A DNA stretch of 64,000 nt from a virus. Every line of letters begins with the position of its first letter. The stretch's first letter is position 1. Below the pieces are notes generated by a model. The model searched no databases. It was not told where the DNA came from and was given only the letters and a program-made list of their open reading frames with translations. The stretch spans positions 39,159-103,158 of the IMG/VR virus record IMGVR_UViG_3300027833_000022. The stretch is one strand, 5' to 3'. Position numbers and translations under genes: made by a program. Shown one piece after another: positions 18,950 through 27,399 of this stretch.

Positions 18950-19981
18950 TTATATGTGTAAATCGTTATATATTGAAATTAAAGTTTCGTTACGAATAGA
19001 ATTAGATGTTATCGCTTCAAGTTGACTAAGAACAATTGAGTCAACATTTTCTACTGATACATCACCATCCGTATCCCAGTCTTCGCCAGATACATTATCC
19101 TTCTTAGAAGGCATTAGAGATATCTCACGTAAATCATAATCATTAGCAAATGTTTCTTTAATATAATTCGCTTCTTCATATGAAATATTGATATCTAATA
19201 TTATACGACAATGTGTGTTGTTTGTCAAGATACTACCAGCATCATCTAACAATTGACTCAAGTTCGCTACACGATACTTTGGTGCATCATGCCAAGTTTT
19301 GAAATCATATGTACCATCCCAGTTTAGGAAAGTGATACCACGTTTATCATCCCATGCGTCAGAATAGTTATGTGGAAAACAGTTTCCTGGATAGATAATA
19401 TTACCTTTTTCCTGACGTTTGTGAAAATGACCAGAGAATACTTTATCTGCTTTCGATAAGTCAGATGCTTTTAACCCACCGTGATCTGGCATTTTAATCA
19501 TAGCATTCAGATAAAAATCAGGTAATTCAAAGTGACCGAAGATAAACTTAGACTTCAATTCCTTCAATCTCTTCCATTCATCATCAACCAACCATGGGAC
19601 AAACGCAACACCATCTTCTTCAAATATTTCATCATTGATGATGTTAATGTTAGGGTACTTATTTGCAAATGGAAGTGAGTTGATATCTCTTTTTTCACGA
19701 TAATATAGATCATGATTTCCCATGATCATATGTACTTCGTCAAAATTATCATTCAATATCTGTAGCGCATCAACTGTGTAATTCAGAGTACCAACATTAA
19801 TAGTTGCTCTGTGATGATGCCAGTCACCTAAGAAGAAACATTTTTTAATGTTTCGACTATGTGCTTCTTCTATCATCCATTTAATAAAGTTAAGACAATC
19901 ATTGTTATGCATCTTAGAATTATTTTTAAGACCGAAATGTATATCTGTAAAAATTACTGCTTCATCAAAAAATTTACTCAC
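18950..19981 (-). CDS. gp47: Recombination endonuclease nuclease subunit (Mre11/SbcD-like)
   Basis: DIHFG, LGDW, GNHD, GHF, SGHFH metallophosphoesterase motifs. Confidence 0.95.
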   Translation of the reverse strand: MSKFFDEAVIFTDIHFGLKNNSKMHNNDCLNFIKWMIEEAHSRNIKKCFFLGDWHHHRATINVGTLNYTVDALQILNDNFDEVHMIMGNHDLYYREKRDINSLPFANKYPNINIINDEIFEEDGVAFVPWLVDDEWKRLKELKSKFIFGHFELPDFYLNAMIKMPDHGGLKASDLSKADKVFSGHFHKRQEKGNIIYPGNCFPHNYSDAWDDKRGITFLNWDGTYDFKTWHDAPKYRVANLSQLLDDAGSILTNNTHCRIILDINISYEEANYIKETFANDYDLREISLMPSKKDNVSGEDWDTDGDVSVENVDSIVLSQLEAITSNSIRNETLISIYNDLHI

Positions 19982-19996
19982 TGTTTATTCCCTTTA

Positions 19997-20902
19997 CTAT
20001 TCTACTGTTGTGATATCGTCTGGTGTTGATTCTTCTTCTATTTCTTCTATTCCTTCAATATCTGGTAGATATTTTGTTTTCTGTACTTCCCATTCCGCGT
20101 TGAATATGCGAGTGTTACTTGGATCTAGTCCTTCTTCTTCTAATAAATCATCACGGATGTTTTGATTACGTTTTTCTAAATTCAATACACGTGTAAACGA
20201 GTTATTGATTACTGTAGTGAAGTATGCAAATGGATTTTGTGATTTAAGTTCATTGAATTGTAAACCGATCATTGTCAATTGTAAAATTGCTTGACCACGC
20301 ATTTCATCTACATATGTATACCCACGCCAGTTACCACGCATAGAGTATCGTTCACATAATTTCATATACATCATCGCTAATCGTTCTGTTGTATGTCCAC
20401 ATGTAACACTGAACTTTCCTGTTTCTAAATCACCATCCCAATGAGAACGAGCAACTTCTGTCCATTCATCATTAATAAAAGAACGATGTTTGTATGCTGG
20501 AAAATTACAGCGAGAGTGATGATCTGCTACGGTTTTAGGTGTCTTCTTACGCGCTTCTAATGGAACATGATCATATCCCATGACGCGAAATACTATGTCA
20601 GTCGTCTTAATAGAATCTATACTGACTAAAAACTCTGCTGCTTTGGGCTTAGTTTTCTTCGTTAATTCACCATTCTGCCAACGTACTACTTCGGCTTCGT
20701 GTGCAATCTTTTGTAATCTAGATGCTTGTGCTTGCTTTGCAATCAAGATAGTTTCTTCATTGATATCATCGAATGATTCAACAATATGATCAAATAGGAA
20801 ATATTTCTGATCTTTTAACCAACAGAATGTCATTTTAGATTTATGTATTTCTTTAAGTATTTCTTTATTCTTTAAGTAATGTGTAGAGGGATCTCTCGCC
20901 AT
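19997..20902 (-). CDS. gp55: Late transcription sigma factor
   Basis: HYLKNKE, NWRGYTYVDEM, KSQNPFAYFTT motifs; acidic C-tail; adjacent to gp47. Confidence 0.85.
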   Translation of the reverse strand: MARDPSTHYLKNKEILKEIHKSKMTFCWLKDQKYFLFDHIVESFDDINEETILIAKQAQASRLQKIAHEAEVVRWQNGELTKKTKPKAAEFLVSIDSIKTTDIVFRVMGYDHVPLEARKKTPKTVADHHSRCNFPAYKHRSFINDEWTEVARSHWDGDLETGKFSVTCGHTTERLAMMYMKLCERYSMRGNWRGYTYVDEMRGQAILQLTMIGLQFNELKSQNPFAYFTTVINNSFTRVLNLEKRNQNIRDDLLEEEGLDPSNTRIFNAEWEVQKTKYLPDIEGIEEIEEESTPDDITTVE

Positions 20903-20933
20903 TAGGTTTATTGCTCCATTTAATATTATTACA

Positions 20934-20962
20934 ATTATATATCAGATTTACTAGTTTGTCAA
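20934..20962 (-). promoter_or_regulatory. Consensus sigma70 promoter for the gp55-47-46 operon
   Basis: TTGACA-17 bp-TATAAT on the minus strand. Confidence 0.85.
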
Positions 20963-21012
20963 GTTTTATTTTTTAATCTATTCGAATCATTAAGTACATA
21001 GTTTATCATAGG

Positions 21013-21019
21013 CTAAATA
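21013..21019 (+). promoter_or_regulatory. Putative late promoter for the baseplate operon
   Basis: CTAAATA followed by AGGAG SD and ATG 21044. Confidence 0.5.
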
Positions 21020-21043
21020 CATGATAAGTAGGAGATTATTAAG

Positions 21044-21652
21044 ATGCGAATATCAGATATCATAACAGAAAGTATAGCAAAGCAAATCACTGTGTTTTAT
21101 GGCGGACGTTTTCAGCCAATGCACTCAGGACACTTTGCGCTGTATAAAAAATTAGTTAACAAGTTTGGTGCTGATAATGTATTTATCGCGACTACATTTG
21201 GCAAAAAACAGCAATCAATGCACTCAGCAGACGATTACTCAACCGACCCATTCACATTTGAAGAAAAGGCATCTATCATGTCTAAGATGTTTGGTGTGCC
21301 CGTAAATCATATTGTTAATACACAACCATATAAGCCAGATGTTTCATTGGTAGGCAGAGATAAGAGTAATACAGCAACAGTATTAGTATTCAGTGAAAAA
21401 GACGCTGGTAGATTAAAGCCTGGCGGTGTATTAGCACCGATGCCAGATGATATGGATAATTTACAGACAGAAGATGAAAATCGTGTATATTATATTGCGA
21501 TGCCAATTGAGCAGGGTGGTATGAGTGCTAGTGATTTCAGAGAAGTTATGAGTAGTGACGCAGAGTTTGAAGAAAAGAAAAAAATATTTATGAAATTTTT
21601 TGGTAAATTCGATCAAGGTATTTTTGATTTCATTGAAGGCAGAGTGCGATAA
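21044..21652 (+). CDS. HxGH-type cytidylyl/nucleotidyltransferase-like protein
   Basis: GGRFQPMHSGH, PFTFEEK, MSASDFR motifs. Confidence 0.8.
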   Translation: MRISDIITESIAKQITVFYGGRFQPMHSGHFALYKKLVNKFGADNVFIATTFGKKQQSMHSADDYSTDPFTFEEKASIMSKMFGVPVNHIVNTQPYKPDVSLVGRDKSNTATVLVFSEKDAGRLKPGGVLAPMPDDMDNLQTEDENRVYYIAMPIEQGGMSASDFREVMSSDAEFEEKKKIFMKFFGKFDQGIFDFIEGRVR

Positions 21653-22320
21653 TGGCTGGTATTCCAAGTAAAAATAAACCAAAATTGGTATTGCGCGATG
21701 CAAATGCAACGTGGGCAAAAAATCTATTCAGTTCTGGTATTCTAAAAGAATTAGCAGACATCAATGGCATTATATTTTCGTACACGCCTGCAATGTTTCA
21801 ATCGGCATTTGCTGCTAATTATAATACATATGATACAACGCACAGTGTTTATCAGCAACAGTACTATGTGAATACGCCTAATCCAACGATTAGTATAACT
21901 GCTAATTTTGTATCAAATACAATAGCAGAAGCAAAGTATAATATCGCATGTTTGCATTTTTTAAAAACAATGACCAAAATGGATTATGGAAAAAATGCAA
22001 ATAGAGCAGGTACACCACCTCCAATTTTGCATTTTAGTGCATATGGAGAATATAATTATAAAAATGTTCCTGTAGTAGTATCATCAGTTGATTATACGTT
22101 TGCTGAAGAGGTAGACTTGATAACAGTTGAAGCAGATGTAGGCAGATATTTTAGCACAGCGAGCGTGGGCGGTTCAGAAGATACAACACTGATATCAATA
22201 CCAGCAAGTTTTGCAGTATCTATCACAATGCTAATGCAACAAAATCAAGAAAGGGTTAGTAACGAATTCTCATTTGCTAATTATGCAAATGGTAGTACAT
22301 TAAGAAATGGGATGATATAA
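21652..22320 (+). CDS. Baseplate/tail-tube initiator-like protein
   Basis: GTPPPILHFSAYG and VPVVVSSVDY resemble contractile-tail tube initiators; precedes the gp53-like gene. Confidence 0.55.
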   Translation: MAGIPSKNKPKLVLRDANATWAKNLFSSGILKELADINGIIFSYTPAMFQSAFAANYNTYDTTHSVYQQQYYVNTPNPTISITANFVSNTIAEAKYNIACLHFLKTMTKMDYGKNANRAGTPPPILHFSAYGEYNYKNVPVVVSSVDYTFAEEVDLITVEADVGRYFSTASVGGSEDTTLISIPASFAVSITMLMQQNQERVSNEFSFANYANGSTLRNGMI

Positions 22321-22321
22321 T

Positions 22322-22609
22322 ATGACAGTACAATATGATGCAGATAGTGTATACAAGAATACAGAAATTGTGGATAATAAATATCTTGATGTAATGGAAT
22401 CTGTTATTAGTGATATATCAGTATATGATTTATATTCATTGACATTGTTAGCAAAGTACAACGAAAGACCAGATGTGTTAGCGTATGATTTATTTTCAAA
22501 TTCTAATTTATGGTGGATATTCGCAGAATTTAATCAAGATTTATTAAAAGATCCGATAATGGATTTTAAGTCCGGACTAACCATACAAGTCCCATACAAT
22601 TTTATATAA
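22322..22609 (+). CDS. gp53: Baseplate wedge subunit, LysM-like
   Basis: RPDVLAYDLFSNSNLWWIFAEFN motif. Confidence 0.75.
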   Translation: MTVQYDADSVYKNTEIVDNKYLDVMESVISDISVYDLYSLTLLAKYNERPDVLAYDLFSNSNLWWIFAEFNQDLLKDPIMDFKSGLTIQVPYNFI

Positions 22610-22618
22610 GGTAAATTC

Positions 22619-24445
22619 ATGTCTACAGGTAATATAGAAACATCAATGAACTGGTGTTCAGAGGTTGATAGTCCAACATATAAACTTACATGGTATATTG
22701 TTAATCATGAAGTATTTAACAATCCTCTACTATTAGATAATAATGCAGCAGTTGGAAATAAAAAGGCTACAATTATTGCTTCGTCTGGAGAAACGTCAGA
22801 ATATTCAGTAGAAAATTTAATACTACAGTCTAGGATTTCTCCCGGAACCGATACTGGTAATACCACAACTGGTGCATTTCAATTTGATGTATACGAGCCA
22901 GGTGGATTTCAGTTAATGAATAGAATATTACAACTTAGTCATTTATTCAAATTCACCAATATACAGTCAGCAAAATATGTACTAAAAGTTGAATTTATTG
23001 GTAGAAACGTAGTAACATCCGCGCCGGAATCATTCCCTGGAGTATTTTATTACCCAATGATGTTATCTTCAATAAATGCAAGTGCAGGACCAGATGGTTC
23101 ACAATATAACATTGTAGCAGCAAATCAACATAAAATAGCAGTAGCAGCATCAAAAATTGTAACTGATATAAAAGTAACAGGCGTAACAAATGTCGAGATA
23201 TTTTTAGATCAATTACAGATTGAGTTAAATAATCATGAGCAAAATATAAGAAAATTACAAATCAAAGATACTGCTGTAAACGCGAAACAATGGAACATAA
23301 AAATTGATAAGAGTTTTGAAAAATATTTAAAATCTCCCATGGAGCCAGTAAAAGGATCTGGACATGATAATGATATGAAAAATCCAGTCGCAGCATATTA
23401 TACTTTACCAAAGGCAAAAAATGTAGTAGAGTACTTAGTCAGTACGTTGACTAAGCAAGTTCCTGATTATTATAATACGTTTGCAGAAAACACAACTGAA
23501 AATAATAAGATGAAACAAGATGCGATAAAATTTGATCGCGGACGTGCACACGCGGGTAGACAAGATATATACGTAAACGATTTCATAAAAGTCACACCGA
23601 CAATCAAAACCACTGATAAGAAAGATATATATACAAACTCAGAACAAGAACTAATTGAATTAACCATTAGTCTGTACACATCACATACAGTTCCTCAATC
23701 TGAGCCGTATAATCAGCAGAGTGCTACCATAGATGCATCATATCAATCTAGAAGACTTGAATTATTGCCTATCAATAAGGCTTATAGTTTTCTATTTTCT
23801 GGAGATAATTCAGAGGTGTTAGATTTCAATTTAAATTTTAATCATATGTTTTATTTAACTCGTGATCCATCTAACAGTGCGGGATATACAAAAATAACAA
23901 AAGAGTTAGGAAGTTTAGAGCCATCAAAGGTAACACAGCGTATACCCACTTATCTAAGTGAATTATCCATAAACAATCAATCTCCGAATACTCAAATTGA
24001 AAGCATAACAACTGAGATAAAATCAACATCCTCAAAAGATCAAGCGAATAGTGAAGAACAAAATGCATCTAACGCAATTGATAAGGCTGAGTTACACGGA
24101 GCAAGTATGGATTTTATTTCATTCGATGTTACTATCAAAGGTGATCCTTATTGGCTAGGAACACCAGGATCATACGTAACTTCAAAAAATAGATCCACAC
24201 TGATAGATAATTTAGACGAAGATTCTTTGATCATATTCATTAATTATCTCCCAGATAATGGAAAGACACAAGGCGGACGTAAACTTGATATTGCATCTAG
24301 TGGTGTATATAAAATAATAGAAGTAGAGAGTAAATTTCAATTAGGTAAGTTTACACAAACGTTAAAGGGCATGCGTGATAGGAATTCGTCTACTGATTTG
24401 ATTCAAAAACAATTAATAAAAATAGGGTTACAGAATGGGAATTAA
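22619..24445 (+). CDS. Baseplate hub protein (gp27-like)
   Basis: IKGDPYWL and SGVYKIIEVESKFQLGKFTQTL C-terminal hub motifs; lies before gp5. Confidence 0.6.
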   Translation: MSTGNIETSMNWCSEVDSPTYKLTWYIVNHEVFNNPLLLDNNAAVGNKKATIIASSGETSEYSVENLILQSRISPGTDTGNTTTGAFQFDVYEPGGFQLMNRILQLSHLFKFTNIQSAKYVLKVEFIGRNVVTSAPESFPGVFYYPMMLSSINASAGPDGSQYNIVAANQHKIAVAASKIVTDIKVTGVTNVEIFLDQLQIELNNHEQNIRKLQIKDTAVNAKQWNIKIDKSFEKYLKSPMEPVKGSGHDNDMKNPVAAYYTLPKAKNVVEYLVSTLTKQVPDYYNTFAENTTENNKMKQDAIKFDRGRAHAGRQDIYVNDFIKVTPTIKTTDKKDIYTNSEQELIELTISLYTSHTVPQSEPYNQQSATIDASYQSRRLELLPINKAYSFLFSGDNSEVLDFNLNFNHMFYLTRDPSNSAGYTKITKELGSLEPSKVTQRIPTYLSELSINNQSPNTQIESITTEIKSTSSKDQANSEEQNASNAIDKAELHGASMDFISFDVTIKGDPYWLGTPGSYVTSKNRSTLIDNLDEDSLIIFINYLPDNGKTQGGRKLDIASSGVYKIIEVESKFQLGKFTQTLKGMRDRNSSTDLIQKQLIKIGLQNGN

Positions 24446-25628
24446 TATTAAGACAGTAAGGGGAAAAGAATTACCTGCTGGTCAATATGTGGGTGTAGTG
24501 ACTGATATCACCGATAGCATGTATACTGGTCGTGTATCAGTTAGATTTGGTGAATTTGGTTCGATAGTTGGTAGTGAAGTTGATCACATTTGTTTGTTAT
24601 GTACGCCATATGGCGGTATTACCAGTACATCGGTTGACAAAGTAACTAGTGACAAAAAGGAATATGGCAAAGATGGTACGAGTGAAAGTGGAACACCAAA
24701 AAGTTATGGTATGTGGCCCCAGCCACCAGCAGTTGGTACATCTGTATTGGTCGTATTTGTTGAATTATTAGATCAAGGTATAATTGTTGGTTCTCTAATG
24801 TCTCGCGCTAGAAACCATATGATGGGTGGACGTGCAAGTGCAGAATCACATGATGGTACTATTCAGCCAGTTGGTGAAAAGAATCCAACTGACACTGATG
24901 ACGATGCAAAGAAACCTGTTGATCCTATCGCACAGTCATGGTTAAAAGAACAAGGACTACAAGATGATTATTCACGTGGTCATAGTTTGTCTAGTGCAAG
25001 ACGAGAATCACCAAGTAATGTATTCGGAATAACTACATTAAATGGACATGTGTTCACAATGGATGATGGAGACAGTCCGGGAGATAAAAAAAATGACAGC
25101 AATAACATACGCTTGCGAAGCAGGGGTGGTGCACAAATATTATTAGATGATACTAATAAATTTGTTTATATTACAAACCACAACGGCAATGCTTGGATAG
25201 AAATGGACGAAGCAGGAAACATAGATGTGTATAGTAAAAAGAGCGTAAATATACATTCGGAAGAAGATTTAAATTTTCATGCAGATGGTAACATCAATAT
25301 GGAAGCAAAGAAGAATATCAATATGAAATCTGATATCATGAGTTTGGAATCAACGACTGACTATTATTTGAAAAGTGGCAATGATGTAATAATACAAGCA
25401 TTAAATGATATTCATAACAAATCAGGTAGTAATCATATAGAAACCGCGCCTAAGATATACATGAATAGTTCAACGACTGCTGCCGCAGCACCAAAGCCTA
25501 AAGTAAATAAATTAGATATGAATGAAAATGTCACAGAAAGTGTGTCTGCTAGAGTACCAGAACATCATCCGTGGAAAGGGGCGAGTAAGATACAAGAAAC
25601 AATTAAGACAGCGAAGGGTAAAACATAA
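24435..25628 (+). CDS. gp5: Baseplate central spike (gp5/VgrG OB-fold plus beta-helix)
   Basis: YVGVVTDITDSMYTGRVSV, SYGMWPQPPAVG, GHVFTMDD, repeated beta segments. Confidence 0.75.
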   Translation: MGINIKTVRGKELPAGQYVGVVTDITDSMYTGRVSVRFGEFGSIVGSEVDHICLLCTPYGGITSTSVDKVTSDKKEYGKDGTSESGTPKSYGMWPQPPAVGTSVLVVFVELLDQGIIVGSLMSRARNHMMGGRASAESHDGTIQPVGEKNPTDTDDDAKKPVDPIAQSWLKEQGLQDDYSRGHSLSSARRESPSNVFGITTLNGHVFTMDDGDSPGDKKNDSNNIRLRSRGGAQILLDDTNKFVYITNHNGNAWIEMDEAGNIDVYSKKSVNIHSEEDLNFHADGNINMEAKKNINMKSDIMSLESTTDYYLKSGNDVIIQALNDIHNKSGSNHIETAPKIYMNSSTTAAAAPKPKVNKLDMNENVTESVSARVPEHHPWKGASKIQETIKTAKGKT

Positions 25629-26350
25629 TGTCTACTATATTACCTAATACCATCACACCATCTAACTTAATAGATTATTCTCGTTGGACAATCGATGACA
25701 CCGCCGTTGTAGAAACAGAGCAAGAACTGCGTGTGCTTGAAGCAAGTAGTGATATTATTAATTTTTCATTAAGAAGATTTGAATGGAGATGTTACAAAAC
25801 AACGCTTGACAATAATACACAAATAGGTTACAATACTATTAACGATAAAATTAATGGTGATGGTTTACTTGAAAGCGAAGCGTATAGTGAATGGTTATCT
25901 GATTTTAAAACAAAAGAACGAAAGTTTAAAAGACTGATTGCAATTAAAACATTGAGTCAATCACAATATGATGCACTACTATGTTTATACTACTTCACTG
26001 GAGACTTCACTAAAGTAGGAACGCCAGCAAGAACATTTAATTTATCCCAATGGATTGTCGATAAGAAATGGGATTATATAGCATCTGCACTTATCGAAAG
26101 TGGCTACAATAGATTATTGACTCAGCCACTTGCAACGATAATGATGTTAGGCGATTATGGTAGTCGAACAGAACGAACATTATTGAGAGAACGTGGTCTA
26201 CAGATATTACGAAAAGAATATGCATTATTAACAGATAAACTGGCACGTCAGCAAGCAGAATATATCTACTATGTTGAAACAAGAAGATTTTTACCAAATT
26301 TAACACAAACAAGGCAACGACAGATAGTTAACACTGCCAATCAAACATAA
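25628..26350 (+). CDS. Lysozyme-like (GH24-related, divergent) baseplate protein
   Basis: TQIGYN and LSQSQYDALLCLYY resemble phage lysozyme motifs. Confidence 0.5.
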   Translation: MSTILPNTITPSNLIDYSRWTIDDTAVVETEQELRVLEASSDIINFSLRRFEWRCYKTTLDNNTQIGYNTINDKINGDGLLESEAYSEWLSDFKTKERKFKRLIAIKTLSQSQYDALLCLYYFTGDFTKVGTPARTFNLSQWIVDKKWDYIASALIESGYNRLLTQPLATIMMLGDYGSRTERTLLRERGLQILRKEYALLTDKLARQQAEYIYYVETRRFLPNLTQTRQRQIVNTANQT

Positions 26351-26377
26351 CTTACAGAACGTAAACGGAAACATACA

Positions 26378-26929
26378 ATGAATAACCGAGTACTGCTACT
26401 GAATGCAGACGCCCAACCATTGTCTATGCTGCCACTGAGTACTATCAGTTGGCAGAATGCAGTAAAGGCACATTTCCAAAATAAAATAGTAATATTAGAT
26501 AGTTACAATACTGTATTGCATTCAGCTAATTTTGAAATGTTGATGCCGTCAGTTGTCATGTTAAATCGTTATCATCGATTACCAAAAGTGGCTAAGTTCA
26601 CTCGCAAGAATTTATTTTTACGAGATCAACATGAGTGTCAATATTGCTCTAAACAATTTGCCAATGATAAACTGACTATTGATCACGTTATTCCAAAATC
26701 TCTTGATGGTGGTACAAGTTGGACTAACTGCGTAGCATCATGTAAAAAGTGCAATGGTATGAAAGGTAGTAAATTAATGAAGCCTATCCGAGAACCCGTG
26801 AAGCCTACATGGCATGCACTCGCATATTCATCAAAAACATTTGGTATCACAGTACCGCGTGTTGAATGGTTAGAGTATATAAACTGGCCAGAAGAGCATG
26901 TTAGAATAACAGAAATTGAAATGTATTAA
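26378..26929 (+). CDS. HNH endonuclease (McrA-like)
   Basis: VLLLNAD, RKNLFLRDQHECQYC, TIDHVIPKSLDGGTSWTNCVASCKKCN. Confidence 0.9.
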   Translation: MNNRVLLLNADAQPLSMLPLSTISWQNAVKAHFQNKIVILDSYNTVLHSANFEMLMPSVVMLNRYHRLPKVAKFTRKNLFLRDQHECQYCSKQFANDKLTIDHVIPKSLDGGTSWTNCVASCKKCNGMKGSKLMKPIREPVKPTWHALAYSSKTFGITVPRVEWLEYINWPEEHVRITEIEMY

Positions 26930-26949
26930 TAAAATTAGAATATACTAAT

Positions 26950-26976
26950 AAAAACCGTCACATAGACGGTTTTTTT
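26950..26976 (+). terminator. Rho-independent terminator
   Basis: AAAAACCGTC-ACATA-GACGGTTTTTTT. Confidence 0.8.
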
Positions 26977-27009
26977 ATATCTGTCATTATAGTAGTAGTT
27001 AATTTTTGC

Positions 27010-27016
27010 ATAAATA
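27010..27016 (+). promoter_or_regulatory. Putative late promoter (possibly leaderless gp25 mRNA)
   Basis: ATAAATA with 5 nt between it and the gp25 ATG. Confidence 0.55.
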
Positions 27017-27021
27017 CTTGT

Positions 27022-27396
27022 ATGAATAAAATAATCGGTTACACCACGATTGGTGAAAAAAATACAAGTAAACAACTATCTGATCTAGAACTTGCTAAAC
27101 AGGACTTGAGTAATCATTTTTTAATCCGTAAGGGAGAGAAATGGACGAACCCAGAGTTTGGTAGTAATTTGCCATACTATGTATTTCAACCACTAGATGA
27201 TATTACAGTTGATTTGATTCAACAGGAAGTATCGAATATTGTTAATTATGACCCGCGTTTCAATTTAGCAAGTGAATTCGTTAGGGTTGAAGAAGATAAA
27301 CATATGGTGACAATAAGAATAGAATTATTGTATATACCGACAACGACGGCAACTGAACTTGAATTAAAGTTTGACCGTGAATCAGGCGAGTTATAA
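27022..27396 (+). CDS. gp25: Baseplate wedge subunit
   Basis: IRKGEKWTNPEFGS and YDPR motifs. Confidence 0.85.
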   Translation: MNKIIGYTTIGEKNTSKQLSDLELAKQDLSNHFLIRKGEKWTNPEFGSNLPYYVFQPLDDITVDLIQQEVSNIVNYDPRFNLASEFVRVEEDKHMVTIRIELLYIPTTTATELELKFDRESGEL

Positions 27397-27399
27397 ATT

